From IMG/VR virus record IMGVR_UViG_3300037067_008637, positions 28,041-92,040 of that record: 64,000 nt of DNA. One strand, written 5' to 3'. Position numbers and translations under genes: made by a program. Below are positions 9,730 through 18,774 of the stretch, piece after piece. Every line of letters starts with the position of its first letter. The stretch's first letter is position 1. The stretch is from a virus. Lineage: Duplodnaviria > Caudoviricetes. The notes below the pieces were generated by a model that was given only the letters and a program-made list of their open reading frames with translations, had not been told where the DNA came from and ran no database searches.

Positions 9730-10673
9730 CAGTCTAACTCCACATTTTCGTTGGTATTTGCCACTGGTAAATGTTTTTCAACTATGTTCAAAAAGTCTTG
9801 TTTTAGTATATCATCTGTGATTGTCTTTGCGCATTTATCTCCATCGTTTGTCATACGATCCAAAATGACACCTTTAAAGATGTATTCAAGAATATCCTCA
9901 ACATTAAAGGTAAGAGGATTATCAAGTATCCAACGATATTTACTTGGTTCAGATTGATATCTTTTTATATTGATTGCTCCAACTAATACAAGAAGAGCAG
10001 CCATTGATGCGGGAATGATATGAGACGGAGTAATTGTGTATCCCCCTCTCCCCATTACAGGATGATCCATTGGATTGAAATCAATCGTGATGCTTGAGCC
10101 ATTGTATGCAGCACGAATTATATAGATTTCTTTTTTGAATATTTTGTCAAGAAGATCATAATCATTGTAAAAATTATCTCGACAATCAATTACCAAAACA
10201 TCCTCGTTTGGGAGAAATGGATGGTGAACAGTGTGATACGTTTCACTTCCAATACCAAATCTCTCAGCAAACCTTGCATCAAAATACTGATTTAAAGGAA
10301 CAACTGTGAGTAAAGGATTTGACGTACAAAGCATACTTGTTAATGCAGATACTTTCAAATTTCCCACAGTTGAAATATCAAATGGCGTTCTATTGAGATT
10401 GGATATTTCAATCACATCTGGATCAACCAATATCAAATACTTCACTGCCTGTATACCAGCTATAAATGTTGCAACCCATGCACCAATTCCTCCGCATCCT
10501 AATATCATTACCTGCTCACACATTCTATTGGTACAACTAGATAGAACTGTTTGCACGTCATTGGCATCATCCGCATGATTTCTAGAAAACATTTCGTCAG
10601 ATATAGTACCTGCATTTTCATACGTATATGAATCCAATGACAATGTAATAAGACTGTTATTGTTCGCGTCCAT
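9729..10673 (-). CDS. ThiF/MoeB/E1-like adenylyltransferase
   Basis: ILGCGGIG, VDPDVIEISNLNR, VGNLKV, IDCRD motifs; TGATG overlap with the JAB start. Confidence 0.9.
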   Translation of the reverse strand: MDANNNSLITLSLDSYTYENAGTISDEMFSRNHADDANDVQTVLSSCTNRMCEQVMILGCGGIGAWVATFIAGIQAVKYLILVDPDVIEISNLNRTPFDISTVGNLKVSALTSMLCTSNPLLTVVPLNQYFDARFAERFGIGSETYHTVHHPFLPNEDVLVIDCRDNFYNDYDLLDKIFKKEIYIIRAAYNGSSITIDFNPMDHPVMGRGGYTITPSHIIPASMAALLVLVGAINIKRYQSEPSKYRWILDNPLTFNVEDILEYIFKGVILDRMTNDGDKCAKTITDDILKQDFLNIVEKHLPVANTNENVELD

Positions 10674-10707
10674 GTTTCAACCCTTCTTTGTGATCTACTG
10701 GAATTTT

Positions 10708-12159
10708 CTAATCTAATTCTACCCAATCTCTTCCAGTTTCTTTTGTAATGTTTCGTTTAGTATGATCCGCTTCAAATTTTCGAAGAGCATTCTTATATTG
10801 TGGACCTAATTGTTTAGGAGTAAAATCATTATTCAATCCCTTGTAGGAAGAATCAAAATTGATAATTTCTAATACTTCTTCAATCTGTCTAAAGAAATAT
10901 TCGATTACCTCAACAGAAATGTTTTGAGAATCCGATGTTGTGATTGTGTTCCATCTGGAGGTAAGATCATATCCTAAACATACACGGTGATCACTTCTAG
11001 ACACATTTGGATGATCTCCTTCACAATGAACTATGATTTCTCTTCCTGAAAATAACTTTGGATCTATAATCAATTTATCAACATGATATTTTCTGAATGC
11101 ATCTTCCAATATATAAAGAACACCATTTTGATAGCATTTTTCTGGAATGATTTTTACCTTTTTTACCCACACTTTTCCATAGTTTTTTTCATCCTTCAAA
11201 GAGAAACCACATTTTGCAATTCTGGAAAATACAGACATTCCTAATTGCATTCCTTGATTAAATGCATCTTTTTTCAAGCTATCAGAAGCATTTATAATTT
11301 GAATAAGAGCCTTCTTATAAAGGGTTCCTTGGTTCATAAGAAGGGAATAATGTATGCCACTAATATCTATTCCGCCTCGATTAAAATCTGCAACATCTCC
11401 CGCACACAACGATCTGAGTTGCTTATTTATCTCATTGATGATTGTTTTATTATCTAATAATGTCATTCTTCCTTCTGCCGCATTTCGCTCGATTTTTAGA
11501 AGGATGGATGTAATTAGATCTTTTCCCAATTCTGCTGGATTTTGTCCTTCATATACATCTTTTTGGAGAGATTGAAAATCAAAGATTTTCTTAATAATAG
11601 AACAGGTTTTCATTGCTCCAATCTGGTACCACAACGTAGCAATGGCCATTTCGTGAAAATATAAAATCCCATTAATCCCAATAAATGCAATCGGAACTTT
11701 AATATCATCCCCAGCAGTAAATACCGCAAACAACCATTTATTCAGGGCATTAGTAACTCTAAAAGACATCTGGGATGCCATGTTTTTGTACAACAAGAAT
11801 CTACTATTACTGGGAGCATCTACATACATTTCAACCGCTGTATACATATCATAACAATGCAGATAGTTTAGAGTTGAAAGTGTCGGAAGTTGCACAGACA
11901 CGATGCTCCGAAATATAGATGGTTGTCCTTGCACGTTTTGTGCATAATCATATAATGCTGTATCTATATTGCTGTATGTTGTAACAACAAATCTGCTTGA
12001 ATTTATTGGCAAACAGTTTGCAATAGCTTCAATTCTCAATGAAACAGCGTCATAATCATCATCCGAAAATTTTTGTAAATTTATAGTCCCTTCATTTTTC
12101 GAAGCATTCTTTTTTTGTTGATAAACAGATTGATCGATTTTAACGGACGTGATGCTCAT
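10708..12159 (-). CDS. Protein with C-terminal E2 (UBC)-like domain
   Basis: HPNVSRSDHRVCLG matches the E2 HPN..(I/V)CL signature (Cys codon 10978-10980); start set at the ATG 12159 behind AGGAG. Confidence 0.6.
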   Translation of the reverse strand: MSITSVKIDQSVYQQKKNASKNEGTINLQKFSDDDYDAVSLRIEAIANCLPINSSRFVVTTYSNIDTALYDYAQNVQGQPSIFRSIVSVQLPTLSTLNYLHCYDMYTAVEMYVDAPSNSRFLLYKNMASQMSFRVTNALNKWLFAVFTAGDDIKVPIAFIGINGILYFHEMAIATLWYQIGAMKTCSIIKKIFDFQSLQKDVYEGQNPAELGKDLITSILLKIERNAAEGRMTLLDNKTIINEINKQLRSLCAGDVADFNRGGIDISGIHYSLLMNQGTLYKKALIQIINASDSLKKDAFNQGMQLGMSVFSRIAKCGFSLKDEKNYGKVWVKKVKIIPEKCYQNGVLYILEDAFRKYHVDKLIIDPKLFSGREIIVHCEGDHPNVSRSDHRVCLGYDLTSRWNTITTSDSQNISVEVIEYFFRQIEEVLEIINFDSSYKGLNNDFTPKQLGPQYKNALRKFEADHTKRNITKETGRDWVELD

Positions 12160-12181
12160 TTTCATCTCCTGTTTTAATGGC

Positions 12182-12217
12182 AAGGGAGAGGACCCTGCTA
12201 TTAGGATCCTCTCCCTT
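12182..12217 (-). terminator. Strong intergenic hairpin (no U-tract)
   Basis: AAGGGAGAGGATCCT-AATAGC-AGGGTCCTCTCCCTT; 15 bp including one G-U pair on the minus strand. Confidence 0.55.
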
Positions 12218-12228
12218 AGTGACTTTGT

Positions 12229-12798
12229 TTATTGGCCGGCTTTGTTGTGTCTCTCAACCGCAACGAAGATCAGCACGGGATTGCAGTTAACGTTTTCAGG
12301 ATCTACAATTCGACCTACCGACAAATCGCGAAGTACGCAATTTTCAATCTGCGTAAGAGCACAATAGCTCTGAATCGCTCCCAAAATGTTTTCCGGAGAT
12401 TTGATGAGAATGTGCTTCTCTCCATTGATTACCAAAATGCGTTGAGTGCGAGTGATGTTGTGAACACTTGCATTCGGAAACACAACTCGGAAACCCTTGG
12501 ACGTTTCGGCAATATCATACCCACGACAATCAACCGGAATTTCAACAGAATTCGGATCAAATTCGGACACCGAATACTTCTCATGATTGGCAAGCACGTT
12601 TTCATCAAGAAGAGCATACCGCGTATACCGATCATCATTATTCTCTTCAATGGCACCAACTTCCACCAACGCTTCCAAAATTTCACCAAGCTTCTTCGTC
12701 TTCTTGGCATAACTCAACACCTGAGCAATCGCATTGCCCGTCAGCATTTCATCATTGTTAACAATTACATCGAGTACTTCTTGCTTCGTCAAAGACAT
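12229..12798 (-). CDS. Putative ubiquitin-like protein (winged-helix-like N-terminus, beta-grasp-like C-terminus ending KAG-Q)
   Basis: First gene of the E2/E1/JAB operon; last ~70 aa show a beta-beta-alpha-beta-beta-beta pattern; GGAGG RBS. Confidence 0.55.
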   Translation of the reverse strand: MSLTKQEVLDVIVNNDEMLTGNAIAQVLSYAKKTKKLGEILEALVEVGAIEENNDDRYTRYALLDENVLANHEKYSVSEFDPNSVEIPVDCRGYDIAETSKGFRVVFPNASVHNITRTQRILVINGEKHILIKSPENILGAIQSYCALTQIENCVLRDLSVGRIVDPENVNCNPVLIFVAVERHNKAGQ

Positions 12799-12827
12799 TA
12801 GAATTTCCTCCGAGTCATTAATTTTTT

Positions 12828-12868
12828 ATTGTCAAAGAACAACAGCCCACCCACAAGGATGGGTTGCT
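12828..12868 (-). promoter_or_regulatory. Hairpin plus boxA-like element in the operon leader
   Basis: Hairpin 12841-12868 followed by TGTTCTTTGACAAT (rrn boxA TGCTCTTTAACAAT, 2 differences). Confidence 0.4.
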
Positions 12869-12872
12869 TATA

Positions 12873-14084
12873 CAAGAGAAGCAGGAAAACCTCCTCCTTT
12901 AGGGGGAGGATGAACTGCTCTGAACTAGAAAATTGAGAACAAGTGAATAGGATAAAACTATATATAAGTTTATTCTTTTAACGATTGGAGAGATTATATG
13001 AAATTAATGAAGAGTTATACTGCTAGAATTGAAGGCAATGCCTGTAAATCTAGCAATCTGCTCTTCATTCTTTCCAAATTAAAAGAAATGTCCCAATACG
13101 TTTTCGAAGGCGGACCAGATTATTGGTTCGACTTCATGGCCATGTATCATGATTGTCGTAAACGTTATCCAGAATTAAACTCGAAAATACTGCAGAATTT
13201 TCTGCAACTTTATCGTCCTATTAAAGGACGAAAATTGCCCAAATCTGCAATTAAACCGATTATTGTTCTAGATCAAAATTTCAATTTGAAATTCAATGAA
13301 TGCTCTAAATATTCGAACTGGTGGTTACGATTCGGACGCCGAAATTATCCCTTGAGAGGAAAGAGAATCCTCTCTCGTATCAAGGACATATCAGGCGTTA
13401 CAGAATGCCGTATCTTTGTTCGAAACAATAAAGCATATTGCAAATTGACATATGCTGAAGAGGCTCCAGAAATAACATCAACTGATAATCCAGTTGGAAT
13501 CGATCTCAACACCAAGCGAATTGTTTCCTCTTCAAATAAAGTATACCATATAAAACGATGGTTTCATCGTAAGATGGAGAATAAGAAGAATCGTGGAAAG
13601 AACAATATTGATCAATTCACGAAACATACCATTCACCAGATCACGAATCAGATTATCGCGGATCTCGTCCGAACAGAATCAAAGGTTTTGATCCTGGAGG
13701 ACCTTAAGGATCTTCGAAAGTCTTCATCGAGAAAGAATGGAACTTCAAAAGGAAAAGAACTCAATTATCGAATAAATAATTGTTTTCCAACCGCGATGTT
13801 CCGACAAATTCTTTCTTATAAATGTTTAGAAAACGGAATCAAATTGGAATTCGTAGATCCTGCATACACCTCGAAAGCTTGCTCGCGATGCGGCTCGCAA
13901 GAGACGCTTCGAGAGACTCAATCGAGGTTTGAATGCACGTCTTGTGGATTTCAATTGGACGCCGATCTAAACGCTTCTAGAAACATTCTATTCCGGTATA
14001 CCGGAGAGAATGGCTCGCCAGTCGATCCGAGCCGGTTTTCCCAAGGGAAAGCCAAGCTGGTCCCTTTAGGGGCCAGTAGTTGAC
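12873..14084 (+). mobile_element. tnpB-only IS200/IS605-family element
   Basis: CC-TTTA-GG hairpins at both ends (12890-12909 and 14057-14076); right end AGTAGTTGAC; left boundary approximate. Confidence 0.65.
12998..14083 (+). CDS. tnpB: TnpB RNA-guided nuclease
   Basis: RuvC GIDLN, ILEDL, DADLNASRNI; TSKACSRCG/CTSCG zinc ribbon. Confidence 0.9.
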   Translation: MKLMKSYTARIEGNACKSSNLLFILSKLKEMSQYVFEGGPDYWFDFMAMYHDCRKRYPELNSKILQNFLQLYRPIKGRKLPKSAIKPIIVLDQNFNLKFNECSKYSNWWLRFGRRNYPLRGKRILSRIKDISGVTECRIFVRNNKAYCKLTYAEEAPEITSTDNPVGIDLNTKRIVSSSNKVYHIKRWFHRKMENKKNRGKNNIDQFTKHTIHQITNQIIADLVRTESKVLILEDLKDLRKSSSRKNGTSKGKELNYRINNCFPTAMFRQILSYKCLENGIKLEFVDPAYTSKACSRCGSQETLRETQSRFECTSCGFQLDADLNASRNILFRYTGENGSPVDPSRFSQGKAKLVPLGASS

Positions 14085-14096
14085 AGAATAGAGGGA

Positions 14097-15107
14097 TTAG
14101 TGTCTGGATGCAAATATCGTTGTCATCTGTTTTTGGATATAAGAGCGCATGTTCATATGGCAGCGCACATCATAATTCAAGTCCAAGCAATACGAGGCGA
14201 TCAATATTGCTACCAAGAAATTACGATGTTCAGGAGGAAGATTTTCCCAATAGGAATTGAAAATACCCTTCTCCGTTTTCTTTAGGCATTTCGCCAACTT
14301 ATCTGCATGAATATCAACATTGTGAGTAATACCCTTTAGAATGGTAGTACTTTCATTGTAGTGCTGTTGAATCTGAGTAAGATCCGCGGATACTGCACCA
14401 AGACTATGTGTAGTATGCGTGAACGTATGATTGCGATTCGTCAATGTGAAATAATCACGGAATCCAATACGATCGTTCCCGCTGTTTTGAAGTTTGATGT
14501 GAACAGCGAAATCAATACGAATCGACGCAGTTCCGTTGTATGTATTGGTAACACAAACATCTACATTAGAATTTGCATTACTTAATACATCAGAGCTTAC
14601 ACCACTGATAATTTCAAAGGCGAGCTTAGCTTCATCATCTCCTAATACATCAATCGGTGTAGTCGTTTTACCTGTTGCAGAAAGAATAAAAGGTGCACCA
14701 TGTACAATCGGTTCACCATCAAATTCCACCTGACGAGCCAATTCATCATAGAAAGGATTGACTTTAGCAACCACATATTCCTTCGAAAGCAATCCGCCTT
14801 TCAAAACTTGCCAAACAGGTTCTGGCTGCATTTCATCTTTATAGAATCCTGCAAATGCACCAGTCTGTTGCGCATCAGGCGTATAGATTTCTTCGAACCG
14901 ATAGGTATGCCGTCCAAATTCTGTAAACTCCACAGGAATATGAAGGCCGTTTTCCCCTATCTCATTCGCAAGAGGTTCCACCCAAGAAATCGTAGGAGCA
15001 GGAAGGGTGTTTTCTTGAAGCGTTTCAGGAACTTCTTCGAGCGTTAGGATTGTAGCCGTGTTTCCATCATTTACCAAAGCATCAAGGTTATCATTAGGTT
15101 CTGTCAT
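14097..15107 (-). CDS. Hypothetical protein, possibly DUF932-like
   Basis: 336 aa; VTNTYNGTAS resembles the NSHDG motif of DUF932 (weak). Confidence 0.45.
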   Translation of the reverse strand: MTEPNDNLDALVNDGNTATILTLEEVPETLQENTLPAPTISWVEPLANEIGENGLHIPVEFTEFGRHTYRFEEIYTPDAQQTGAFAGFYKDEMQPEPVWQVLKGGLLSKEYVVAKVNPFYDELARQVEFDGEPIVHGAPFILSATGKTTTPIDVLGDDEAKLAFEIISGVSSDVLSNANSNVDVCVTNTYNGTASIRIDFAVHIKLQNSGNDRIGFRDYFTLTNRNHTFTHTTHSLGAVSADLTQIQQHYNESTTILKGITHNVDIHADKLAKCLKKTEKGIFNSYWENLPPEHRNFLVAILIASYCLDLNYDVRCHMNMRSYIQKQMTTIFASRH

Positions 15108-15135
15108 TGATATTTCTCCTGAGTTGTGTAGGGCA

Positions 15136-15387
15136 TTACTTTGCCCATTTTTGCATCAATTGTTTTAACTTTCCGATTACTTCTTTATAGTGGGGATGAT
15201 CCTGCAAATACTGAGATAACTCTATGCAAAAAGATGAAATCGCTTGAGTACGCTCATTTGCAACCCCTTTTTGTGCTTTTCCCATTGGGCATGAATCATC
15301 CCATGGTGGTGGATGTATATGTCCACACCCACTGCATTGCCTTGAAGGAGGCATTTCCATTGGCATATCATAATCTCCTACAGTCAA
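15136..15387 (-). CDS. Small Cys/His metal-binding protein
   Basis: CSGCGHIH....C. Confidence 0.5.
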   Translation of the reverse strand: MTVGDYDMPMEMPPSRQCSGCGHIHPPPWDDSCPMGKAQKGVANERTQAISSFCIELSQYLQDHPHYKEVIGKLKQLMQKWAK

Positions 15388-15428
15388 TTGGTTAATTGTC
15401 TCATATTTGTCTCATATTGTTTTATCAA

Positions 15429-15815
15429 TTATTCATCAGCTTGGGCGGCACCACCCTCTGCGGGGGCATCTACATCCGCCAACACAACCGCATCCGCTTC
15501 ATTTTCGGGAATAACCGTTTCCGCTACCGGTTCATCTTCATCCGGTTCACCACTATCACCCAAATCGTTAATCGCATCAACAACAAACCGGGGTTTCTTC
15601 GTGAGGTAGGAGCTATCCCACTCAAGTACCGGCGTGCCACTATCATCTACCACAGCCTGAAGTTTTCCATTCTCATCAATCTTGCCAAAGTTATCATGCA
15701 CATGCTCAAGCGCCTGCTTTTGCGCCGATTCTGCATCACGAGCAATAACGTTCATCACCGTAATTTCACGACTGTAACTCTGGAACCCAACAACTACTTC
15801 ATACTTATTCGACAT
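15429..15815 (-). CDS. Acidic hypothetical protein
   Basis: 128 aa ORF with GGGAG RBS. Confidence 0.55.
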   Translation of the reverse strand: MSNKYEVVVGFQSYSREITVMNVIARDAESAQKQALEHVHDNFGKIDENGKLQAVVDDSGTPVLEWDSSYLTKKPRFVVDAINDLGDSGEPDEDEPVAETVIPENEADAVVLADVDAPAEGGAAQADE

Positions 15816-15872
15816 TTCATGTCTCCCGTTTTAATTTGAAACCCACCACAATGGTAAGTTTTTAACCAAGAT

Positions 15873-18242
15873 CTACATACAAAGCGATTCATCTGCTTCC
15901 AGAAATTCTCGTAATGTGTGTGATATCAGCACAACACAATGAGTATCTGAAAGACGTTTAACCATATCAATTGCTGCCGCAGTATTCTCTGGATCAAGAC
16001 TATCCAGTATTTCATCAAGTAACAATACATTCATCTTACAATCTTGAATCGTTTCCAACAAGTGTCTTAAACACAGAAGAACAATTATATCAGTCATTCT
16101 TCTTTCGCCTGCTGAAAGATCCTTTAGTTCAGACAGATTTTGTGTTTGTAGAACATCGATACTGAACTTGTTTCTACTTTCACCTGACTTCAATTGTTTC
16201 TGAGAACTAAATCTGACTTTTAGATTTGGTACCAATTGGCACAAATCTCTCGCACGTTCATTTAAGATAGGAACTGATTCGTCCAGAAGAATTGCTTTGA
16301 TTCCCACATCTGAGAATCCTTTCTTCCAGAACTTTAATATAACATTTTTACGATTTTGCCTGGCCATTTCCTCCTGTAATTGTTGTAATTGCTCTTGTTG
16401 TTCTTTACACTCTCTTTGTATATCTTTCTCTCGTTGGTACAATTCCTTTATCTCTATCTTATAACGAGAGTCTACTTCAGAGAGAGTTGCTTCAACTGAG
16501 GCAATCTCACGATCGGTTTGTGACATTTGTTCTACACAGTTATTGAACCGTTCAAGCTTCTCTTCATTCGACTGTATTTCAGGAACAACTTCTTTCAATC
16601 TGACTATCCACGTCATTGCAATACTCTGATTGTCTTCTTTAATCTTTTGAACTCTAATTGCCTTTTCAGATTGAATTTCTTCTTCTATTGCAGCATGCTC
16701 TTTACTTCGTTCCTTTTCTGCCGTTTCTATTTTTTGCCGTGCTTCTCCTTCCTCTGTTCTAGCTGCATTTAAAGATTCCACAAATTGATTTGCAGTATCT
16801 TTTCTCTTTTTGTCTATCTTCTGTTGTAATGCAGTTTTTTCTGTGTTGAACTTTTCTTCTAATTCCAAAAATTCATGGGTCAACTCTTTATATTGTTCAG
16901 AACACTCTTCTCTTTCTTTTTCAATTGTCACCAATTCTTTTTGCAGTTTATTAACTGTATCCTGACAATGTATTGAAAGCTTCTGAATTTTGAGTAACGC
17001 TTTTTCATCTTTCAACTCTTGTCCACACGCCGCGCACTCAGGATTTTCTTTCTCCAACGCTTTGTTGTATTTTACAGATTCTTTTGTAGCAGTATCTTCT
17101 TCTCGTAAAGCAGTTTTCAATCTCTCATTCAAAACTCTTAAACGAGATGATACTTGATCAATCTGTTCTTTCACTGGTTGAAGAGCCGCGGCTGATTCTT
17201 CTGTTTTCTTTTCTACAGCAATAGAAGCTTGCCGTTCAAGTTCTCCAAGAACTTCTGCTTTTCTTTTCTCGGCTTCTAATTTCTTGGACTGTGCTTCATG
17301 AAGAGACTTCTGAAGATTAAGCAATATTTCTTGATACTTATTTTCGACTTCTCTTCCTTTAGCTGTTCTTTCCAGGATCATTACACCGTCGAGATCTGAA
17401 ATCTGATTTCTATATGTTTCCCGTTGTGCTTCTATCTTTGCTTCCAATCCAGCTTTTTCATTTAGCAATTCTCTCAATTGTTTATCTGTTGTTACAGCAT
17501 CTTTATTATCAATTGATTTCAACTTATTTAGTTTAGCCTGTAGTGATTCCAAACGCTCCTGCAGAGACATAACAGTGTCATCATAACGCTGTTGTGCTTT
17601 ACACTTCTGTTCTTCAACATAGGTAATCTGAGAACGTTTTTCACTTACTACAGAATCAATCACATTACATTTATTTGCTAAGATTGAAATAGATGAATCC
17701 ACAAGTTTTGATGCATTTATAATACTTTCTGCATACTTGTCATACTCAGATAAGGATAGAACAGCATCGATGATTTCTTTTTGCCCACTGTGAGTAAGAT
17801 CCATAAAGTGATTCTGAACATATTGAGAAAATAGAAGACAATTCATAAATACATCTTTTGGCATAACCAAATTCTCAATAAGTTTCAACGTCTCTGCTTC
17901 TGTATTACATGAAATATCTATTTCATTCTTATATAGAAATCTGCGATTCTTAAATTTGTGGTGCTTCCTATGAGCAACTACTTTATAGTTGTTTTCTCCG
18001 TCACTCCAGGTAACAGAAACAACTGCATTTTTTCCGGATCTTCTCCTAACAATATCATCTCCACTTTGGCCATCCATGGTTTTATCATAGATCGCCCATG
18101 CCAAGGCAGAGAAAATAGTTGTTTTTCCTTTTCCGTTCCCGCCTGTTATTGATACAAAACGATTAGGCGTGAATGAAAATTCAAGTTCTTCATGACACCG
18201 AAAGTTTTGTAATGTGAGATCTTGAAATGTTAGTTCTCTCAT
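15873..18242 (-). CDS. sbcC: SbcC/Rad50/gp46-like ATPase
   Basis: Walker A GGNGKGKTT, coiled coils with CAAC zinc hook, LSAGE signature, LLLDE Walker B, ISH. Confidence 0.93.
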   Translation of the reverse strand: MRELTFQDLTLQNFRCHEELEFSFTPNRFVSITGGNGKGKTTIFSALAWAIYDKTMDGQSGDDIVRRRSGKNAVVSVTWSDGENNYKVVAHRKHHKFKNRRFLYKNEIDISCNTEAETLKLIENLVMPKDVFMNCLLFSQYVQNHFMDLTHSGQKEIIDAVLSLSEYDKYAESIINASKLVDSSISILANKCNVIDSVVSEKRSQITYVEEQKCKAQQRYDDTVMSLQERLESLQAKLNKLKSIDNKDAVTTDKQLRELLNEKAGLEAKIEAQRETYRNQISDLDGVMILERTAKGREVENKYQEILLNLQKSLHEAQSKKLEAEKRKAEVLGELERQASIAVEKKTEESAAALQPVKEQIDQVSSRLRVLNERLKTALREEDTATKESVKYNKALEKENPECAACGQELKDEKALLKIQKLSIHCQDTVNKLQKELVTIEKEREECSEQYKELTHEFLELEEKFNTEKTALQQKIDKKRKDTANQFVESLNAARTEEGEARQKIETAEKERSKEHAAIEEEIQSEKAIRVQKIKEDNQSIAMTWIVRLKEVVPEIQSNEEKLERFNNCVEQMSQTDREIASVEATLSEVDSRYKIEIKELYQREKDIQRECKEQQEQLQQLQEEMARQNRKNVILKFWKKGFSDVGIKAILLDESVPILNERARDLCQLVPNLKVRFSSQKQLKSGESRNKFSIDVLQTQNLSELKDLSAGERRMTDIIVLLCLRHLLETIQDCKMNVLLLDEILDSLDPENTAAAIDMVKRLSDTHCVVLISHTLREFLEADESLCM

Positions 18243-18255
18243 TCCCTCTCCGTTA

Positions 18256-18774
18256 TTATCTCAATTTTATAAGTTCGTGCTCCAAGCATCTTACCAAAGA
18301 TTGCTGTGTGTGAACAATCCATCTGGATGTATCAATCTTTTCCTCTTTAGAATAATATGCTTCCCATGGATGCATATCATTCGCTAAAGCAAAAAACTTA
18401 CTGAATTTGGATGAATCTGTGCAATTGTCCAAATCAAACATGAATTTTCTATCAATGCAATAAATTACAGGTTTCTTCAGGCCCATAGCATAGGACATTT
18501 CACACATTGTTCCAATGAAATGGGGATGAAATGCAAGTAGAATATCACATTCTTCTACTTCCTTAAAATCTCCTTCAAGAGTCTCTTTGAATTTCTGAGG
18601 TTTTAAGTCTGGATATCGTCTATCCAAAGTAGCATTTGGCGCAAATGTGGGAGGATCCATCCAACTTCCTGTGAACTCAACTTGAGATGTCCCCATAACT
18701 CTCTGTAAAAGATCCAATTGTGCTCTCACTAGAAACTGATTTTCATATCCGGATGCCGCGTAGATCTTAATCAT
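18256..18774 (-). CDS. Nucleoside 2-deoxyribosyltransferase-like protein
   Basis: KIYAAS, D...V..CDILLA, GTMCEMSYAMGLKKPV. Confidence 0.65.
   Translation of the reverse strand: MIKIYAASGYENQFLVRAQLDLLQRVMGTSQVEFTGSWMDPPTFAPNATLDRRYPDLKPQKFKETLEGDFKEVEECDILLAFHPHFIGTMCEMSYAMGLKKPVIYCIDRKFMFDLDNCTDSSKFSKFFALANDMHPWEAYYSKEEKIDTSRWIVHTQQSLVRCLEHELIKLR

Noticed and set aside
12232-12801. 189-aa plus-strand ORF mirroring the Ubl candidate, and the many other short plus-strand ORFs
   Set aside because: Antisense shadows of minus-strand genes, with no RBS or recognisable motifs; only tnpB at 12998 is a credible plus-strand gene
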